In this document: piece by piece, positions 31,157 through 41,747 of the stretch
How positions within the stretch are numbered: position 1 is the first letter of the stretch
Layout: each line of letters begins with the position of its first letter
DNA from: Chloroflexota bacterium
GTDB lineage: Bacteria; Chloroflexota; Dehalococcoidia; Lucifugimonadales; UBA3495
Assembly (NCBI GenBank): GCA_009837355.1
Contig: VXTR01000075.1
Location: forward strand, 91,222-155,221
Direction: 5' to 3'
DNA length: 64,000 bases
Made by a program: the position numbers and the translations under genes
Notes under the pieces: model-generated
What the model saw: the letters and a program-made list of their open reading frames with translations, nothing else
Told to the model about the DNA's origin: nothing
Database searches by the model: none

Positions 31157-32527
31157 ATGGCCGGGCCGTTGCAGGGAATAAGAATCATTGAGATGGGCCA
31201 GCTCATCGCCATCCCGTCGGCGATGAAGTGGCTGGCCGACATGGGCGCACAGGTGATACGGCTGGAATCGGTGCAGCGGCTGGAAAGCTACCGGACGGAT
31301 TCGCTGTACCACAACGAGGTCGAAGGCGAGTTCTGGAATCGCGGGGCGAATTTCTACGAACAGAACCGGAACAAGCTGGGGCTAACGCTGGACTTGAGCC
31401 GGGACGAAGGGCGGGCGGTGCTGCGCGACTTGATTGCCGTTGCCGACGTGTTCGCGGAGAACTTCACGCCCCGGGTGATAAAGAATTTCGGGCTGGAGTA
31501 CGCAGAACTGCGCAAGATGCGCCCGGACATCATCATGGTGTCGTCCACCGGGTACGGGTTTGAAGGGCCGTGGTCGAACTTCGGCGCGACCGGGCCGGCG
31601 ACGGAGGGGGCGGCCGGCTTGGCGTACATGACCGGGTACCGGGACGGCGGGCCGATGATGTCGGAGATTCCCTACACCGATTACACCGCCGGGGAGCACA
31701 CGGTGGCCGCCGTGATGCTGGCGCTGATGCACCGGCTGAACACGGGGCAAGGCCAGTTCATCGACGTATCGCAGACGCAGACGTGCAGTGCAACTATACC
31801 CGAGGCGCTGCTGGACTGGACGGTGAACGGGCGGGTGTCGGAGCGCATCGGCAACGAAGACCCGGCGATGGCGCCGCATGGGTGCTATCCGTGCGCCGGG
31901 GATGACCGCTGGATTGCCATTGCCATCGACAGCGACGAGGCTTGGCTGGCGTTGTGCCGGGTGATGGCCCGGCCGGACTGGGCGGCGGATGCGCGGTATG
32001 GCGACGTGCTGAGCCGCATCAGGCGCCGGGCCGAGCTGGACATGATGCTGGCCTTTGAGACGCGAGGACATGACAACCACGAGCTGATGGCACGATTGCA
32101 GGCCGAGGGCGTGGCTGCCGGCGCGGTGGTGGACAGCGAAAACCTGTTGTTCAACGAGCACTTGAAGGCGCGGGGATTCTACGAAGTGGTGGCGCATCAC
32201 CCAGCCACGGGGATGCCGCCGCTGCCCTACGCCAGCCGGCCGTGGAAACTGTCGGAAACGCCGGCAGTTCCGCCGCGACCGGCGCCGATTATGGGCCAGC
32301 ACAATTGGGAGCTACTTGCCGGGCTACTGGGGCGAACGGACGGAGAGATTGCCGCCTTGGAAGAATCCAACGTCATCGGGTACGCGCCGCTGACGCCGCG
32401 AGGAGTGCGCCGGCCGTCGCTGGACGAGCAGGTGCGTCAGGGCCGGATGCAGAAGTACGATACCGACTACGCCGAGCGGGTACGGCGTTGGTTTGGGGTT
32501 GGGGATGAACAAAGCAGGGGCGAATAG
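31157..32527 (+). CDS. Class III CoA-transferase (CaiB/BaiF family), second paralog
   Basis: ORF 31049..32527; start at ATG 31157, 1 nt after the previous stop. Contains LQGIRIIEMGQLIAIPSAMKWLADMGAQVIRLES. Confidence 0.9.
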   Translation: MAGPLQGIRIIEMGQLIAIPSAMKWLADMGAQVIRLESVQRLESYRTDSLYHNEVEGEFWNRGANFYEQNRNKLGLTLDLSRDEGRAVLRDLIAVADVFAENFTPRVIKNFGLEYAELRKMRPDIIMVSSTGYGFEGPWSNFGATGPATEGAAGLAYMTGYRDGGPMMSEIPYTDYTAGEHTVAAVMLALMHRLNTGQGQFIDVSQTQTCSATIPEALLDWTVNGRVSERIGNEDPAMAPHGCYPCAGDDRWIAIAIDSDEAWLALCRVMARPDWAADARYGDVLSRIRRRAELDMMLAFETRGHDNHELMARLQAEGVAAGAVVDSENLLFNEHLKARGFYEVVAHHPATGMPPLPYASRPWKLSETPAVPPRPAPIMGQHNWELLAGLLGRTDGEIAALEESNVIGYAPLTPRGVRRPSLDEQVRQGRMQKYDTDYAERVRRWFGVGDEQSRGE

Positions 32528-32540
32528 TAATTCGCCCCTG
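32515..32540. repeat. Perfect palindrome overlapping the CaiB stop codon
   Basis: CAGGGGCGAAT-AGTA-ATTCGCCCCTG, an 11-bp stem. It lies between the convergent CaiB and leuD genes. No T-tract follows. Confidence 0.8.
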
Positions 32541-32572
32541 TGGATTGATAGCGGGTCAATTTGCGGTTAGGA

Positions 32573-33157
32573 CTAGCGGGATTCAAAGGCGGCGATGGCG
32601 TCCTCGTGCTGCAGGGTCAGGCCGATGTCATCCAGGCCGTTGAGCAGGCAGTAGCGGCGGAACTCGTCCACCTCGAAATCAACGACGATTTCCTCGTCGG
32701 AGTCGCGCACCTGCTTGCCTTCCAAGTCCACGGTGAGCTGGAAACCGGGGTTGTCCTTGGCTTTGTCCATAATCCGGCGGACATCATCTTCGGGCAAGAT
32801 GAGGGGCAACACGCCGTTTTTGAAGCAGTTGTTGAAGAAGATGTCGGCGAAGCTGGGAGCGATGATGCAGCGGATGCCGTAGTCTTCCAACGCCCACGGA
32901 GCGTGTTCGCGAGAAGAGCCGCAACCGAAGTTGGGGCCGGACACCAGTATCCTGGCACTGCGGTAAGCGTCCTGGTTGAGCAGAAAATCGGGGTTCTCAG
33001 ACCGGTCTTCATTGTACCGATAACGGTCGAACAGGAACTGCCCGAAGCCGGTGCGCTCAATGCTCTTGAGGTACACGGCGGGGATAATCATATCCGTGTC
33101 CACGTTGACGGCGTCCAGCGGGGCTACGACGCCTTCCAGTTTGACGAAGGGTTCCAT
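32573..33157 (-). CDS. leuD: 3-isopropylmalate dehydratase small subunit
   Basis: ORF 32573..33346; start at ATG 33157. Contains [26 protein letters not shown]...[17 protein letters not shown]. Confidence 0.95.
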   Translation of the reverse strand: MEPFVKLEGVVAPLDAVNVDTDMIIPAVYLKSIERTGFGQFLFDRYRYNEDRSENPDFLLNQDAYRSARILVSGPNFGCGSSREHAPWALEDYGIRCIIAPSFADIFFNNCFKNGVLPLILPEDDVRRIMDKAKDNPGFQLTVDLEGKQVRDSDEEIVVDFEVDEFRRYCLLNGLDDIGLTLQHEDAIAAFESR

Positions 33158-33174
33158 GGTGATGTACCTCGCGG

Positions 33175-34578
33175 TTAGAAGTTGCGGACGTCGGTGAAGT
33201 GGCCGGCGATGGCGGCGGCGGCGGCCATCTCGGGGCTGACCAGATGGGTGCGGCCGCCCTTGCCCTGGCGTCCCTCGAAGTTGCGGTTGGAGGTGGAGGC
33301 ACAGCGCTGGCCGGGGTCGAGAATATCGGGGTTCATGCCCAGGCACATTGAGCAGCCGGCGACGCGCCAGTCAAAACCGGCGTCTTTGAAGACTTGATCG
33401 AGGCCCTCGGCTTCAGCCTCGGCCTTGACCCGGGCAGAGCCGGGAACGACCATGGCGTACACGTCGGAACTGACCTGACGGCCACGGATGACGTTGGCGG
33501 CGGCGCGAAGGTCGTCGATGCGGGCGTTGGTGCAGGCGCCGAGGAATACGCGGTCAATCTTGATGTCCTCGATGCGCTGGTTGGGTTCCAGGCCCATGTA
33601 CTCCAGGGCGCGCTCGGCGGCCTCCCGCTCGGCGGTGGTCTCGAAGGAGGCGGGGTCGGGCACGCGGTCGGTAATCTGGGCCACCATGTCGGGCTTGGTG
33701 CCCCAGGTTACGAAGGGCGCGAGGTCGGCGGCGTTGATTACGATGGTACGGTCGTAGGTAGCGCCGGGGTCGGTGGGAAGGCTGCGCCACTCCTCAATTT
33801 TGGCTTCCAGCTCCGCGCCCTTAGGGGCGTAGGGCCGGGTACGGACGTACTCAAAGGTAGTGTCGTCGGGGGCGATCATACCGGCGCGGGCACCGCCCTC
33901 GATGCTCATGTTGCAAACGGTCATGCGCCCGTCCATGGACAGGCCGCGGATGGCCTCGCCGGTGTACTCGATGACGTGGCCGGTGCCACCGTTGACGCCC
34001 ATGTGGCCGATGATGCCCAGGATAATGTCCTTGGCAGAAACTCCGCTGGGCAGTTCGCCGTCCACGCGGACTTCCATGGTGCGGGGCTTGAACTGCCGCA
34101 GGGTCTGGGTGGCCAGCACGTGCTCAACCTCGGAGGTGCCGATGCCGACGGCGAAGCAACCCAACGCGCCGTGGGTTGACGTATGGCTGTCGCCGCAAAC
34201 CACGGTCTTGCCGGGCAGGGTGTAGCCCAGGTCGGGGCCGATGACGTGGACGATGCCCTGGTTTTCGCTGAAACGGTCGTAATACATGGGCAAACCAAAC
34301 TCGGCGGCATTGCGATCAAGGGCGTCGAGCTGGGCTTTGGAAATCTGGTCTTCGACGGGGCGCGTCAGCTCCCAGGTGGGAGTGTTGTGGTCGGCGGTGG
34401 CGACGGTGAGGTCGGGGCGGCGTACCTGGCGGCCGGCCATGCGCAGCCCATCGAAGGCTTGCGGCGACGTAACTTCGTGCACCAGATGCAGGTCAATGTA
34501 GATGAGGGATGGTTGCCCCGGTTCTTCGTGAACCACGTGGGCATCCCAGATTTTCTCGAACATTGTGCGGGCGGCCAA
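33175..34578 (-). CDS. leuC: 3-isopropylmalate dehydratase large subunit
   Basis: 467 aa. Contains [10 protein letters not shown]...[13 protein letters not shown]...[12 protein letters not shown]...[11 protein letters not shown]...[11 protein letters not shown] 34578 lies 7 nt after GAGGAGG; ATG 34563 is the alternative start. Confidence 0.95.
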   Translation of the reverse strand: MAARTMFEKIWDAHVVHEEPGQPSLIYIDLHLVHEVTSPQAFDGLRMAGRQVRRPDLTVATADHNTPTWELTRPVEDQISKAQLDALDRNAAEFGLPMYYDRFSENQGIVHVIGPDLGYTLPGKTVVCGDSHTSTHGALGCFAVGIGTSEVEHVLATQTLRQFKPRTMEVRVDGELPSGVSAKDIILGIIGHMGVNGGTGHVIEYTGEAIRGLSMDGRMTVCNMSIEGGARAGMIAPDDTTFEYVRTRPYAPKGAELEAKIEEWRSLPTDPGATYDRTIVINAADLAPFVTWGTKPDMVAQITDRVPDPASFETTAEREAAERALEYMGLEPNQRIEDIKIDRVFLGACTNARIDDLRAAANVIRGRQVSSDVYAMVVPGSARVKAEAEAEGLDQVFKDAGFDWRVAGCSMCLGMNPDILDPGQRCASTSNRNFEGRQGKGGRTHLVSPEMAAAAAIAGHFTDVRNF

Positions 34579-34643
34579 TTTAGTTCCTCCTCGACCGGGC
34601 GGCTGTGTTGGCTGCGCCCGGAAAATGACTAAGCAGCGCGGCT

Positions 34644-34652
34644 ATTATAGCA
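34644..34652 (-). promoter_or_regulatory. Extended -10 promoter candidate (TGcTATAAT) for leuCD
   Basis: The minus strand reads TGCTATAAT, about 65 nt upstream of the leuC start. The same 9-mer precedes tsaD. Confidence 0.4.
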
Positions 34653-34675
34653 TCGCCAGGCCGTGTGTTCCGGGG

Positions 34676-36298
34676 CTAGTGCTCCGCTCCGGATTCGAGC
34701 ACCATCAAGTCGATGATTTCGTGCTGGGTTACCGTTCCCAGGAACCGGAAAGTCCCGCGCTCCAGTACGGGCAGTGCCGAGATGGAGAGTTCGGACATCC
34801 TTTGCAGCACGTCTTCGATGGATTCGTCCGGCCAGGCGTTCGGGGTTTCGCTGCGAACCACCTGATACAGCCGGGTCGTCGCCCAGGCGCCCTTGGGCAA
34901 GTATCGGAGGGCGCTCAACGATACGATTCCATGAAGGATGCCCCGGTTGACGACAACGTAATCCTGTTCCTGGGGGACAATCCACCGGTCAGCGAAATCA
35001 CGCACCGTCAGCGTAGGGCTTGGGTGATTACGGGTGCGGTCGAGGATATCCTGCACCTTCAAGTCGTCCAGGGCAAAACTGACAATACCGCTGGGCAGGT
35101 CATCCGGCAGCACGTTGCTGCCGGAAGAAGCGCTGGCCCGGCTCACCGCGAAGCTGATCGCGGGAGGAGTGAGCAAGATGTAGCCGAACATGACCACAAT
35201 CAGCAGGGAGAAAATCTCTCGATTGATGACTTCATGCTCGAACATCACCAGGAGCAGGGCGATTTCGGCAACGCCTTTGCCCATAAGCCCGGTGGCCAGT
35301 GCGTATGGCGTGGGCAGGCGAGCAGCGTAAGCCCCAATGAATGCGCCGGCGAACTTGCCCAGCAGGGGAATGACAACCAACGCCGCGATTGTAATGGGCG
35401 GAACGTGGATAAAGGAAACGCTGAGGTGCAAACCGGCGGATGCAAAAAACAGCGGAACGAACAGGCCGGAGCCAGTGCTGCGCATTCCAGGCATCATGTC
35501 GCGACGCACTTGATAAGGCATTCCTGACAGGCAGGCGCCAAAGAGGAGACCGCCCAGGGAACCATGCAGGCCGATGGCCTCCGCGCCGCTCACCATCAGG
35601 AACAGGCCGCCCAGGAAAAGGCCGTAGGAAAGGTGCGGCACGTTGAAAAAACGCTCCAGCAGCACTATCAGCGCGGGAATTACCCTGCTGGACAATAGCC
35701 AGGTTACTACCGTGAACGCGGCAATTTTCCCGACCAGCAGCAACGCGTTGATTGCGCTGATTTCATCTCCCGATTCGCCAAGGTTGAACCCCACTACCAG
35801 CAAGGTAATCAGCTCGGCCATTACGACGACGGTGAAGATTTGCAATCCCAGGGGTTCTCTCATCCGCCCGTCGTCGGAAAGCACTTTGGCCACGATGCCC
35901 AGACTGGTCAAGGCGAGCACGCCGGCCAGCGCCAGCGCCTCGGGAATGTCCAAGCCAAGCCCGAAATCGTAAATCAGGCTTGACGTGACCAGAAAGGCCA
36001 CGCCTATTGAGACAAGTACCGAAAGGAGGGCGGCGACGAAATAACGCCCCCGCATACTGGCCACGAAGCTGGAGATGTCAATTTCATCAAGGCCGATCAG
36101 GAAGAAGAAAATGAAGACCCCAATGGTCAAGATCAGATGGGTTTCGTCGGAAACATGAACAATTCCCAGCACCGGGCCAAGCATGACTCCAGTGAGAGCA
36201 TAAGCCACTATTGAGTTGACGTGGAAGCGGCGAAAGATGCCCTCGGCAAGTTTGGCGACGACTACCAGGAGCCCCAGGGAAATAAGCGCTTCTTGCAT
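34676..36298 (-). CDS. Cation:proton antiporter (CPA family) with a C-terminal CBS pair
   Basis: ORF 34676..36319; ATG 36298 is preferred (GGAGAG upstream). There are about 12 TM helices. The C-terminal CBS-like repeats read ...VVVNRGILHGIVSLSAL... and ...ALPVLERGTFRFLGTVTQHEIIDL. Confidence 0.85.
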   Translation of the reverse strand: MQEALISLGLLVVVAKLAEGIFRRFHVNSIVAYALTGVMLGPVLGIVHVSDETHLILTIGVFIFFFLIGLDEIDISSFVASMRGRYFVAALLSVLVSIGVAFLVTSSLIYDFGLGLDIPEALALAGVLALTSLGIVAKVLSDDGRMREPLGLQIFTVVVMAELITLLVVGFNLGESGDEISAINALLLVGKIAAFTVVTWLLSSRVIPALIVLLERFFNVPHLSYGLFLGGLFLMVSGAEAIGLHGSLGGLLFGACLSGMPYQVRRDMMPGMRSTGSGLFVPLFFASAGLHLSVSFIHVPPITIAALVVIPLLGKFAGAFIGAYAARLPTPYALATGLMGKGVAEIALLLVMFEHEVINREIFSLLIVVMFGYILLTPPAISFAVSRASASSGSNVLPDDLPSGIVSFALDDLKVQDILDRTRNHPSPTLTVRDFADRWIVPQEQDYVVVNRGILHGIVSLSALRYLPKGAWATTRLYQVVRSETPNAWPDESIEDVLQRMSELSISALPVLERGTFRFLGTVTQHEIIDLMVLESGAEH

Positions 36299-36377
36299 GA
36301 TGCCAGTGCTCTCCGACAACTGCTGGGGTCATACCCGAGATACAACGGAAGGGAGTATATGGCTATGATAAACTGTC

Positions 36378-36397
36378 GGTCAAATTGGCATTTGACC
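36378..36397. promoter_or_regulatory. Perfect 8-bp inverted repeat upstream of pepN (operator-like)
   Basis: GGTCAAAT-TGGC-ATTTGACC. It ends 22 nt before the pepN ATG, just upstream of the GGAGG. Confidence 0.4.
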
Positions 36398-36419
36398 AGT
36401 AAACCCGGAGGAAAAACCA

Positions 36420-39032
36420 ATGCCATCCGCCGACGCCGTTATCCTGCCCGACAACGTTCGCCCGGTTCACTATGACCTGACCCTGACTCCCAACTTCGAC
36501 GAGTTCACTTTCGACGGCGAAGTTGACATTACCGTGCAGATGCAGCCTGGGACGACGGAAATCGTCCTTAACTGCGCTGAAATTGACATCAAGTCGGCCG
36601 CGGTCAGCTGGGCGGACAGGGACGGCGAGCATACCCAGGAAGCGAACGGCATTGCCTATGACGCCGAGGCCGAGACTGCTACCATCAGCATCGCTGGCAC
36701 CCCGGCCGACGGTCCGGCGGGAGACCAGCATCTACGGATGGCATTCACCGGCGAGTTGAACGACAAGCTGCGCGGATTCTATCGCAGTCAGTACACCAAT
36801 CCGGAGGGCGAGACCGCCTACTTGGCCACTACCCAGTTCGAGGCGACCGACGCCCGGCGTTCGCTGCCCTGCTGGGATGAGCCGGCGGTGAAGGCGACGT
36901 TTCAGGTTACGCTGAACGTGCCAGCGGAAATGGCGGCGGTGTCCAACACGCCGATCATTGAAGAGAGGCCGGGGTCGACGGCCGGCACAAAGACGGTGGT
37001 TTTCGACACCACGCCGATTATGTCCACCTATCTGCTGGCCTTTGTCATTGGCGACCTGACGCACATTGAGAAGGAAGCTGCCGACGGCACCGTGGTAGGA
37101 ATCTGGATGACCCGAGGCAAGGAGGAGCAGGGGCAGTTCGCCCTGGATACGTCGGTGAAGCTGCTGTCGTTCTTCAACGACTACTTTGGAATCCCCTATC
37201 CTCTACCCAAGCTGGACCATTTGGCCATCCCCGACTTCGCCGCCGGCGCGATGGAGAACTGGGGTTGCGTAACCTACCGGGAAACCGCTCTGCTGGTTGA
37301 CCCGGAGAACTCATCGGCTGGCACCCGTCAGCGGGTGGCGGAAGTGGTGGCCCACGAAATGGCCCATATGTGGTTTGGCGACCTGGTTACGATGGACTGG
37401 TGGGATGACCTGTGGCTGAATGAGAGCTTTGCCACTTGGGTGGGCACCAAGGCGGTGGACTGGCTATTCCCGGAATGGTCGATGTGGACGCAGTTCGTGA
37501 ACATGGACACCAACCGGGCTTTCAACCTGGACGGTTTGAAAAACTCGCATCCCATTGAGCAAGAAGTTCTGAATCCGGCCGAGGTGAGCCAGCTGTTTGA
37601 CGCCATCAGTTACAGCAAGGGCGGCTCGGTGCTGCGGATGCTGGAGAATTTCCTGTCGCCCGGCGCGTTCCGCCGGGGGTTGAACATTTACCTGAACCGC
37701 CACTCATACGCCAACGCGCGCACGACGGATCTGTGGAGGGCACTCGAAGAATCGTCGGGCCAGCCGGTGAACACGATAATGAGCAGCTGGACAGGACAGA
37801 CGGGCTACCCCGTGCTGGACGTGGCAGCGTCTTCAGCCGAGGGCGGGCTGGCACTGGAAGTGAAGCAGGAACGTTTCGTTTTTGACTCCATCCTGGACGA
37901 CGGTTCCGGGGATGATGAGGAACAGGTGTGGCCGGTGCCGCTGACGGTAACGGCGGCAGGGGCCGGCATTACGGCGACGATAGTGAACGCGGCCAGTGAT
38001 ACGATTACGGTGGACACGCCGTCGCAACCGGAATGGTTCAAGGTGAACCCGGACCAGACCGGGTTCTACCGGGTTAATTATACTGACGCCGACTGGGACA
38101 GGCTGGCGCCGGCAATTGCAAAGCAGACGTTGCCAGCCACCGACCGGCTGGGAATCCAGAACGACGCCTACGCGTTGGCGAAAGCCGGACTGCTGGGAAT
38201 TGGGAGGTTCCTGTCGCTGGCGGAGGCGTACCAGGGTGAAACCGACGCCTCGGTGTGGAGCGACCTGGCAACCAACCTGCGCGAAATTAAGGGTCTGATT
38301 GCCGAGGAGCCGTACCTAGAGTCTTTCCGGGCCTTCGGGCGTGGGCTGTTCGCTCCGGCGGCGCAGCGTTCCGGGTGGGAACCGCAGCTTGGTGAAGGGC
38401 ATCTGGACTCGCTGCTGCGCTCGACGGTGCTGAGTCAGGCCGGATCGTACGGAGACGCGGCGGTCATCGCGCAGGCGCAGGCGCTGTTTGACGCCTATCA
38501 ACAGGACCCGGCCAACGTGCGTCCTGACTTGCGGGGAGTGGTGTTCAGCCTGGTGGCGCAGGTAGGAGACCGGGCCACCTATGACCGCATCTGGGAGTTG
38601 GAACGGGCCGCCGAACTGCACGAAGAGAAAATACGGATGCTGATGTCACTGGCGCGGTTCCAACAGGAAGACCTGTTGCGGGAGACTCTGGATCGCGCAC
38701 TGACCGACGACGTGCGATTGCAGGACACTATCTTCGTGGTTTCCGCAGTGGCCGCAAACAATCGGGGACGGAATTTGGCCTGGGACTTCCTCAAGGAAAA
38801 GTGGGACGAGTTCGACCGGCGCTACGGCAGCGGCGGCTTCGGGTTGATGCGGCTGGTGGCCATCACCAACGCTTTTACGAGCAACGAGAAGCGAGACGAC
38901 GTGGCCGCCTTCTTCGAGGCACACCCGACGCCGGCGGCAGAACGGACGATCCGGCAGGCACTGGAGCGGATTGCTCTGAACGTGGCGTGGCTGGAGCGGA
39001 ACCGCGGCGAGTTGGGGCGGTATTTCGGGTAG
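36420..39032 (+). CDS. pepN: M1-family aminopeptidase (aminopeptidase N-like)
   Basis: 870 aa. Contains GAMENWG, HEMAHMWFGDLVTMDWWDDLWLNESFA (HExxH-x18-E) and a C-terminal ERAP1-like helical domain. Confidence 0.9.
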   Translation: MPSADAVILPDNVRPVHYDLTLTPNFDEFTFDGEVDITVQMQPGTTEIVLNCAEIDIKSAAVSWADRDGEHTQEANGIAYDAEAETATISIAGTPADGPAGDQHLRMAFTGELNDKLRGFYRSQYTNPEGETAYLATTQFEATDARRSLPCWDEPAVKATFQVTLNVPAEMAAVSNTPIIEERPGSTAGTKTVVFDTTPIMSTYLLAFVIGDLTHIEKEAADGTVVGIWMTRGKEEQGQFALDTSVKLLSFFNDYFGIPYPLPKLDHLAIPDFAAGAMENWGCVTYRETALLVDPENSSAGTRQRVAEVVAHEMAHMWFGDLVTMDWWDDLWLNESFATWVGTKAVDWLFPEWSMWTQFVNMDTNRAFNLDGLKNSHPIEQEVLNPAEVSQLFDAISYSKGGSVLRMLENFLSPGAFRRGLNIYLNRHSYANARTTDLWRALEESSGQPVNTIMSSWTGQTGYPVLDVAASSAEGGLALEVKQERFVFDSILDDGSGDDEEQVWPVPLTVTAAGAGITATIVNAASDTITVDTPSQPEWFKVNPDQTGFYRVNYTDADWDRLAPAIAKQTLPATDRLGIQNDAYALAKAGLLGIGRFLSLAEAYQGETDASVWSDLATNLREIKGLIAEEPYLESFRAFGRGLFAPAAQRSGWEPQLGEGHLDSLLRSTVLSQAGSYGDAAVIAQAQALFDAYQQDPANVRPDLRGVVFSLVAQVGDRATYDRIWELERAAELHEEKIRMLMSLARFQQEDLLRETLDRALTDDVRLQDTIFVVSAVAANNRGRNLAWDFLKEKWDEFDRRYGSGGFGLMRLVAITNAFTSNEKRDDVAAFFEAHPTPAAERTIRQALERIALNVAWLERNRGELGRYFG

Positions 39033-39063
39033 CCAATACCCGTTCGCCACGCGGAGGTACGGT

Positions 39064-39097
39064 TTGACACGGATTGCGATTGCGGGTAGCCTATATT
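39064..39097 (+). promoter_or_regulatory. Promoter candidate for metH
   Basis: TTGACA (39064-39069), then 17 nt to TAGCCT (39087-39092). TATATT overlaps at 39092-39097. Confidence 0.35.
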
Positions 39098-39125
39098 ACG
39101 AATCACGATAGAAACGGTACGTATT

Positions 39126-41741
39126 ATGGACTCAAAATCCCGCATTAATGCACTGAAATCGTTGCTCCAAAACCGTATACTGGTTATCGATGGGGCAATG
39201 GGAACGCAAATCCAGGCGCGCGGACTGGGGCCGGACGACTTCGGCGGCGCTGAGTACGAAGGCTGCAACGAATACCTCAACATCACTCGTCCTGACGTCA
39301 TTGCCGACATCCACCGGGACTACCTGGAAGCGGGCGCGGATATCATCGAAACCAACACCTTCGGCGCCACCGCCCTCGTATTGGGCGAGTACGGTCTGGC
39401 CGAGCACGCCCGACGCGCGAACCGGGATGGCGCCGCCATCGCCCGACGCGTGGCCGATGCAATCACGGACGGTGAACCTGACAAGCCGCGCTTCGTGGCT
39501 GGAGCCATGGGGCCGACCACTCGCACCATTTCCGTTACCGGCGGGCTGACTTTCGACGAGCTGGCCGCTGACTATCACCAGCAGGCGGCCGGGTTGATTG
39601 AAGGCGGAGCCGACGTGTTGCTGCTGGAAACCAGCCAAGACACCATCAACATCAAGGCCGGGCTGGAAGGCATAGACCGGGCGCAGGCCGAGCTCGACTC
39701 CGACGTTCCCGTTGCAGTGCAAGGTACGGTTGAACCCATGGGCACGCTGCTGGCCGGGCAGGATGCCGAGGCTTTGTACACCTCACTAGCGCACCGGGAA
39801 TTGCTGTGGGTCGGTTTCAATTGCGCCACCGGGCCAGAGTTTATGACCGACCACGTGCGGACGCTGCAGGGGCTGTCGCGGTTCAGCATCGCCTGCGTAC
39901 CCAACGCCGGATTGCCCGACGAGGACGGGAACTACAACGAAACGCCGGAGATGCTGGCCGGCGCGCTGGCACGCTTTGCCGAAAGCGGTTGGCTGAATCT
40001 GGCGGGCGGCTGCTGCGGCACCGGCCCCGAGCACATCCGTCGGATTAGCGAAGCCATGGCCGGCAAGGCGCCGCGCGTTGCAATGCCGCCGCTGGAAACC
40101 CGTGTTTCGGGTATTGAGGCGGTGGTGGTCAACGAGGACACCCGTCCCACTGTGGTGGGTGAACGCACCAACGTGCTGGGCAGCCGGCGGTTCAAACGGC
40201 TTATCGCTGGTGAACGCTTTGAAGAGGCCGCCGAAATCGGACGACGGCAGGTTAGAAACGGCGCGCACGTACTGGACGTGTGTTTGCAAGACCCGGACCG
40301 GGATGAAACGGCGGACGTCATCGAGTTCCTTAACCAACTGAATCGTCGCGTTAAAGCGCCCATCATGATTGACTCTACCGACGCAGCGGTGATTGAAGAA
40401 TCGTTGAAGCGGCTACAGGGGAAGTCGATCATCAACTCCATCAACCTGGAAGACGGCGAGGAACGGTTCCAACGCGTGGTGCCGCTGGCCCGGCGTTACG
40501 GTGCGGCGCTGGTGGTGGGCTGCATTGACGACGACCCCGACCAGGCACAGGCCATCACGCGGGAGCGCAAGCTGGAAATCGCGCAGCGCTCGCACAAGCT
40601 GCTCACCGAAAAGTACGGGGTGCCGGAGCAGGACATCATCTTTGACCCGTTGGTTTTCCCTGCCGGCACCGGCGACGAGAACTACGTGGGTTCCGCCGCC
40701 GAGACTATTGAGGGAGTACGGCTGATCAAAGAGGCGCTGCCCAACACAAAGACGGTGCTGGGCATTTCCAACGTGTCGTTCGGGTTGCCGGCAGCCGGCA
40801 GAGAAGTGTTCAACTCGGTTTTTCTGTACCATTGCACGCTGGCCGGGCTGGACATGGCCATCGTCAATTCGGAGATGATGCAGCGGTACGCTACGATACC
40901 GGAAGAGGAACGGCAGTTGTCGGAGGATTTGATTTGGAACCGAGGCGGCGACCCCGTCGCCGCTTTCGCCGCCCACTTCCGCGACCGTGCGCCTCGGGCA
41001 ACCGCCGAAGAGCGGCTGGCGCTGCCACTGGACGAGCGGCTGGCCCAGTGCATCATTGAGGGCAGCAAGGAAGGCCTGACTGAAGACTTGGACCTGGCAT
41101 TGCAGGAACGGGAACCGCTGGCAATCATCAACGGCCCCTTAATGGCCGGAATGGATGAAGTGGGACGGCAGTTCAACGCCAACCAGCTTATCGTCGCCGA
41201 GGTGCTGCAATCAGCCGAGGCGATGAAGGCAGCGGTAGCGCATCTGGAACCGCACATGGAACGCAGCGACGCAGCCTCCCGGGGATGCGTCCTATTGGCG
41301 ACGGTGAAGGGCGACGTGCACGACATCGGCAAGAACCTGGTGGAAATTATCCTGTCCAACAACGGATACCGAGTAGTGAACCTGGGTATCAAGGTAGCGG
41401 CGCAGGAACTGATCGCCGGCTACCGGGAGCATCGGCCTGACATCATAGGGCTGTCCGGCCTGCTGGTGAAGTCGGCTCAGATGATGGTGGAAACGGTGCA
41501 GGACTTCCGGGCCGCCGGCATACGGGCACCGGTGCTGGTGGGCGGCGCGGCGCTGTCGAATCGTTTTACGCGGCTGCGGATTGCACCAGAGTACGAAGGA
41601 ATGGTGGCCTACTCGCCGGACGCAATGAGCGGCCTGGCCCTGGCCAACGTGATACAGGACTCCGACGAAAGGGAGCGCCTGGCGGCGCAGCTGGAATCCG
41701 AAAGCGCCGAGATGCAGCAGGAAGTCGCGGCGCGAGGATAA
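39126..41741 (+). CDS. metH: Cobalamin-dependent methionine synthase lacking the activation domain
   Basis: 871 aa. Contains the Hcy-binding domain (...GGCCGTGPEHI), a pterin-binding domain, and a B12 cap/binding domain (ATVKGDVHDIGKNLV, the DxHxxG motif). Confidence 0.95.
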   Translation: MDSKSRINALKSLLQNRILVIDGAMGTQIQARGLGPDDFGGAEYEGCNEYLNITRPDVIADIHRDYLEAGADIIETNTFGATALVLGEYGLAEHARRANRDGAAIARRVADAITDGEPDKPRFVAGAMGPTTRTISVTGGLTFDELAADYHQQAAGLIEGGADVLLLETSQDTINIKAGLEGIDRAQAELDSDVPVAVQGTVEPMGTLLAGQDAEALYTSLAHRELLWVGFNCATGPEFMTDHVRTLQGLSRFSIACVPNAGLPDEDGNYNETPEMLAGALARFAESGWLNLAGGCCGTGPEHIRRISEAMAGKAPRVAMPPLETRVSGIEAVVVNEDTRPTVVGERTNVLGSRRFKRLIAGERFEEAAEIGRRQVRNGAHVLDVCLQDPDRDETADVIEFLNQLNRRVKAPIMIDSTDAAVIEESLKRLQGKSIINSINLEDGEERFQRVVPLARRYGAALVVGCIDDDPDQAQAITRERKLEIAQRSHKLLTEKYGVPEQDIIFDPLVFPAGTGDENYVGSAAETIEGVRLIKEALPNTKTVLGISNVSFGLPAAGREVFNSVFLYHCTLAGLDMAIVNSEMMQRYATIPEEERQLSEDLIWNRGGDPVAAFAAHFRDRAPRATAEERLALPLDERLAQCIIEGSKEGLTEDLDLALQEREPLAIINGPLMAGMDEVGRQFNANQLIVAEVLQSAEAMKAAVAHLEPHMERSDAASRGCVLLATVKGDVHDIGKNLVEIILSNNGYRVVNLGIKVAAQELIAGYREHRPDIIGLSGLLVKSAQMMVETVQDFRAAGIRAPVLVGGAALSNRFTRLRIAPEYEGMVAYSPDAMSGLALANVIQDSDERERLAAQLESESAEMQQEVAARG

Positions 41742-41747
41742 GCCTGT

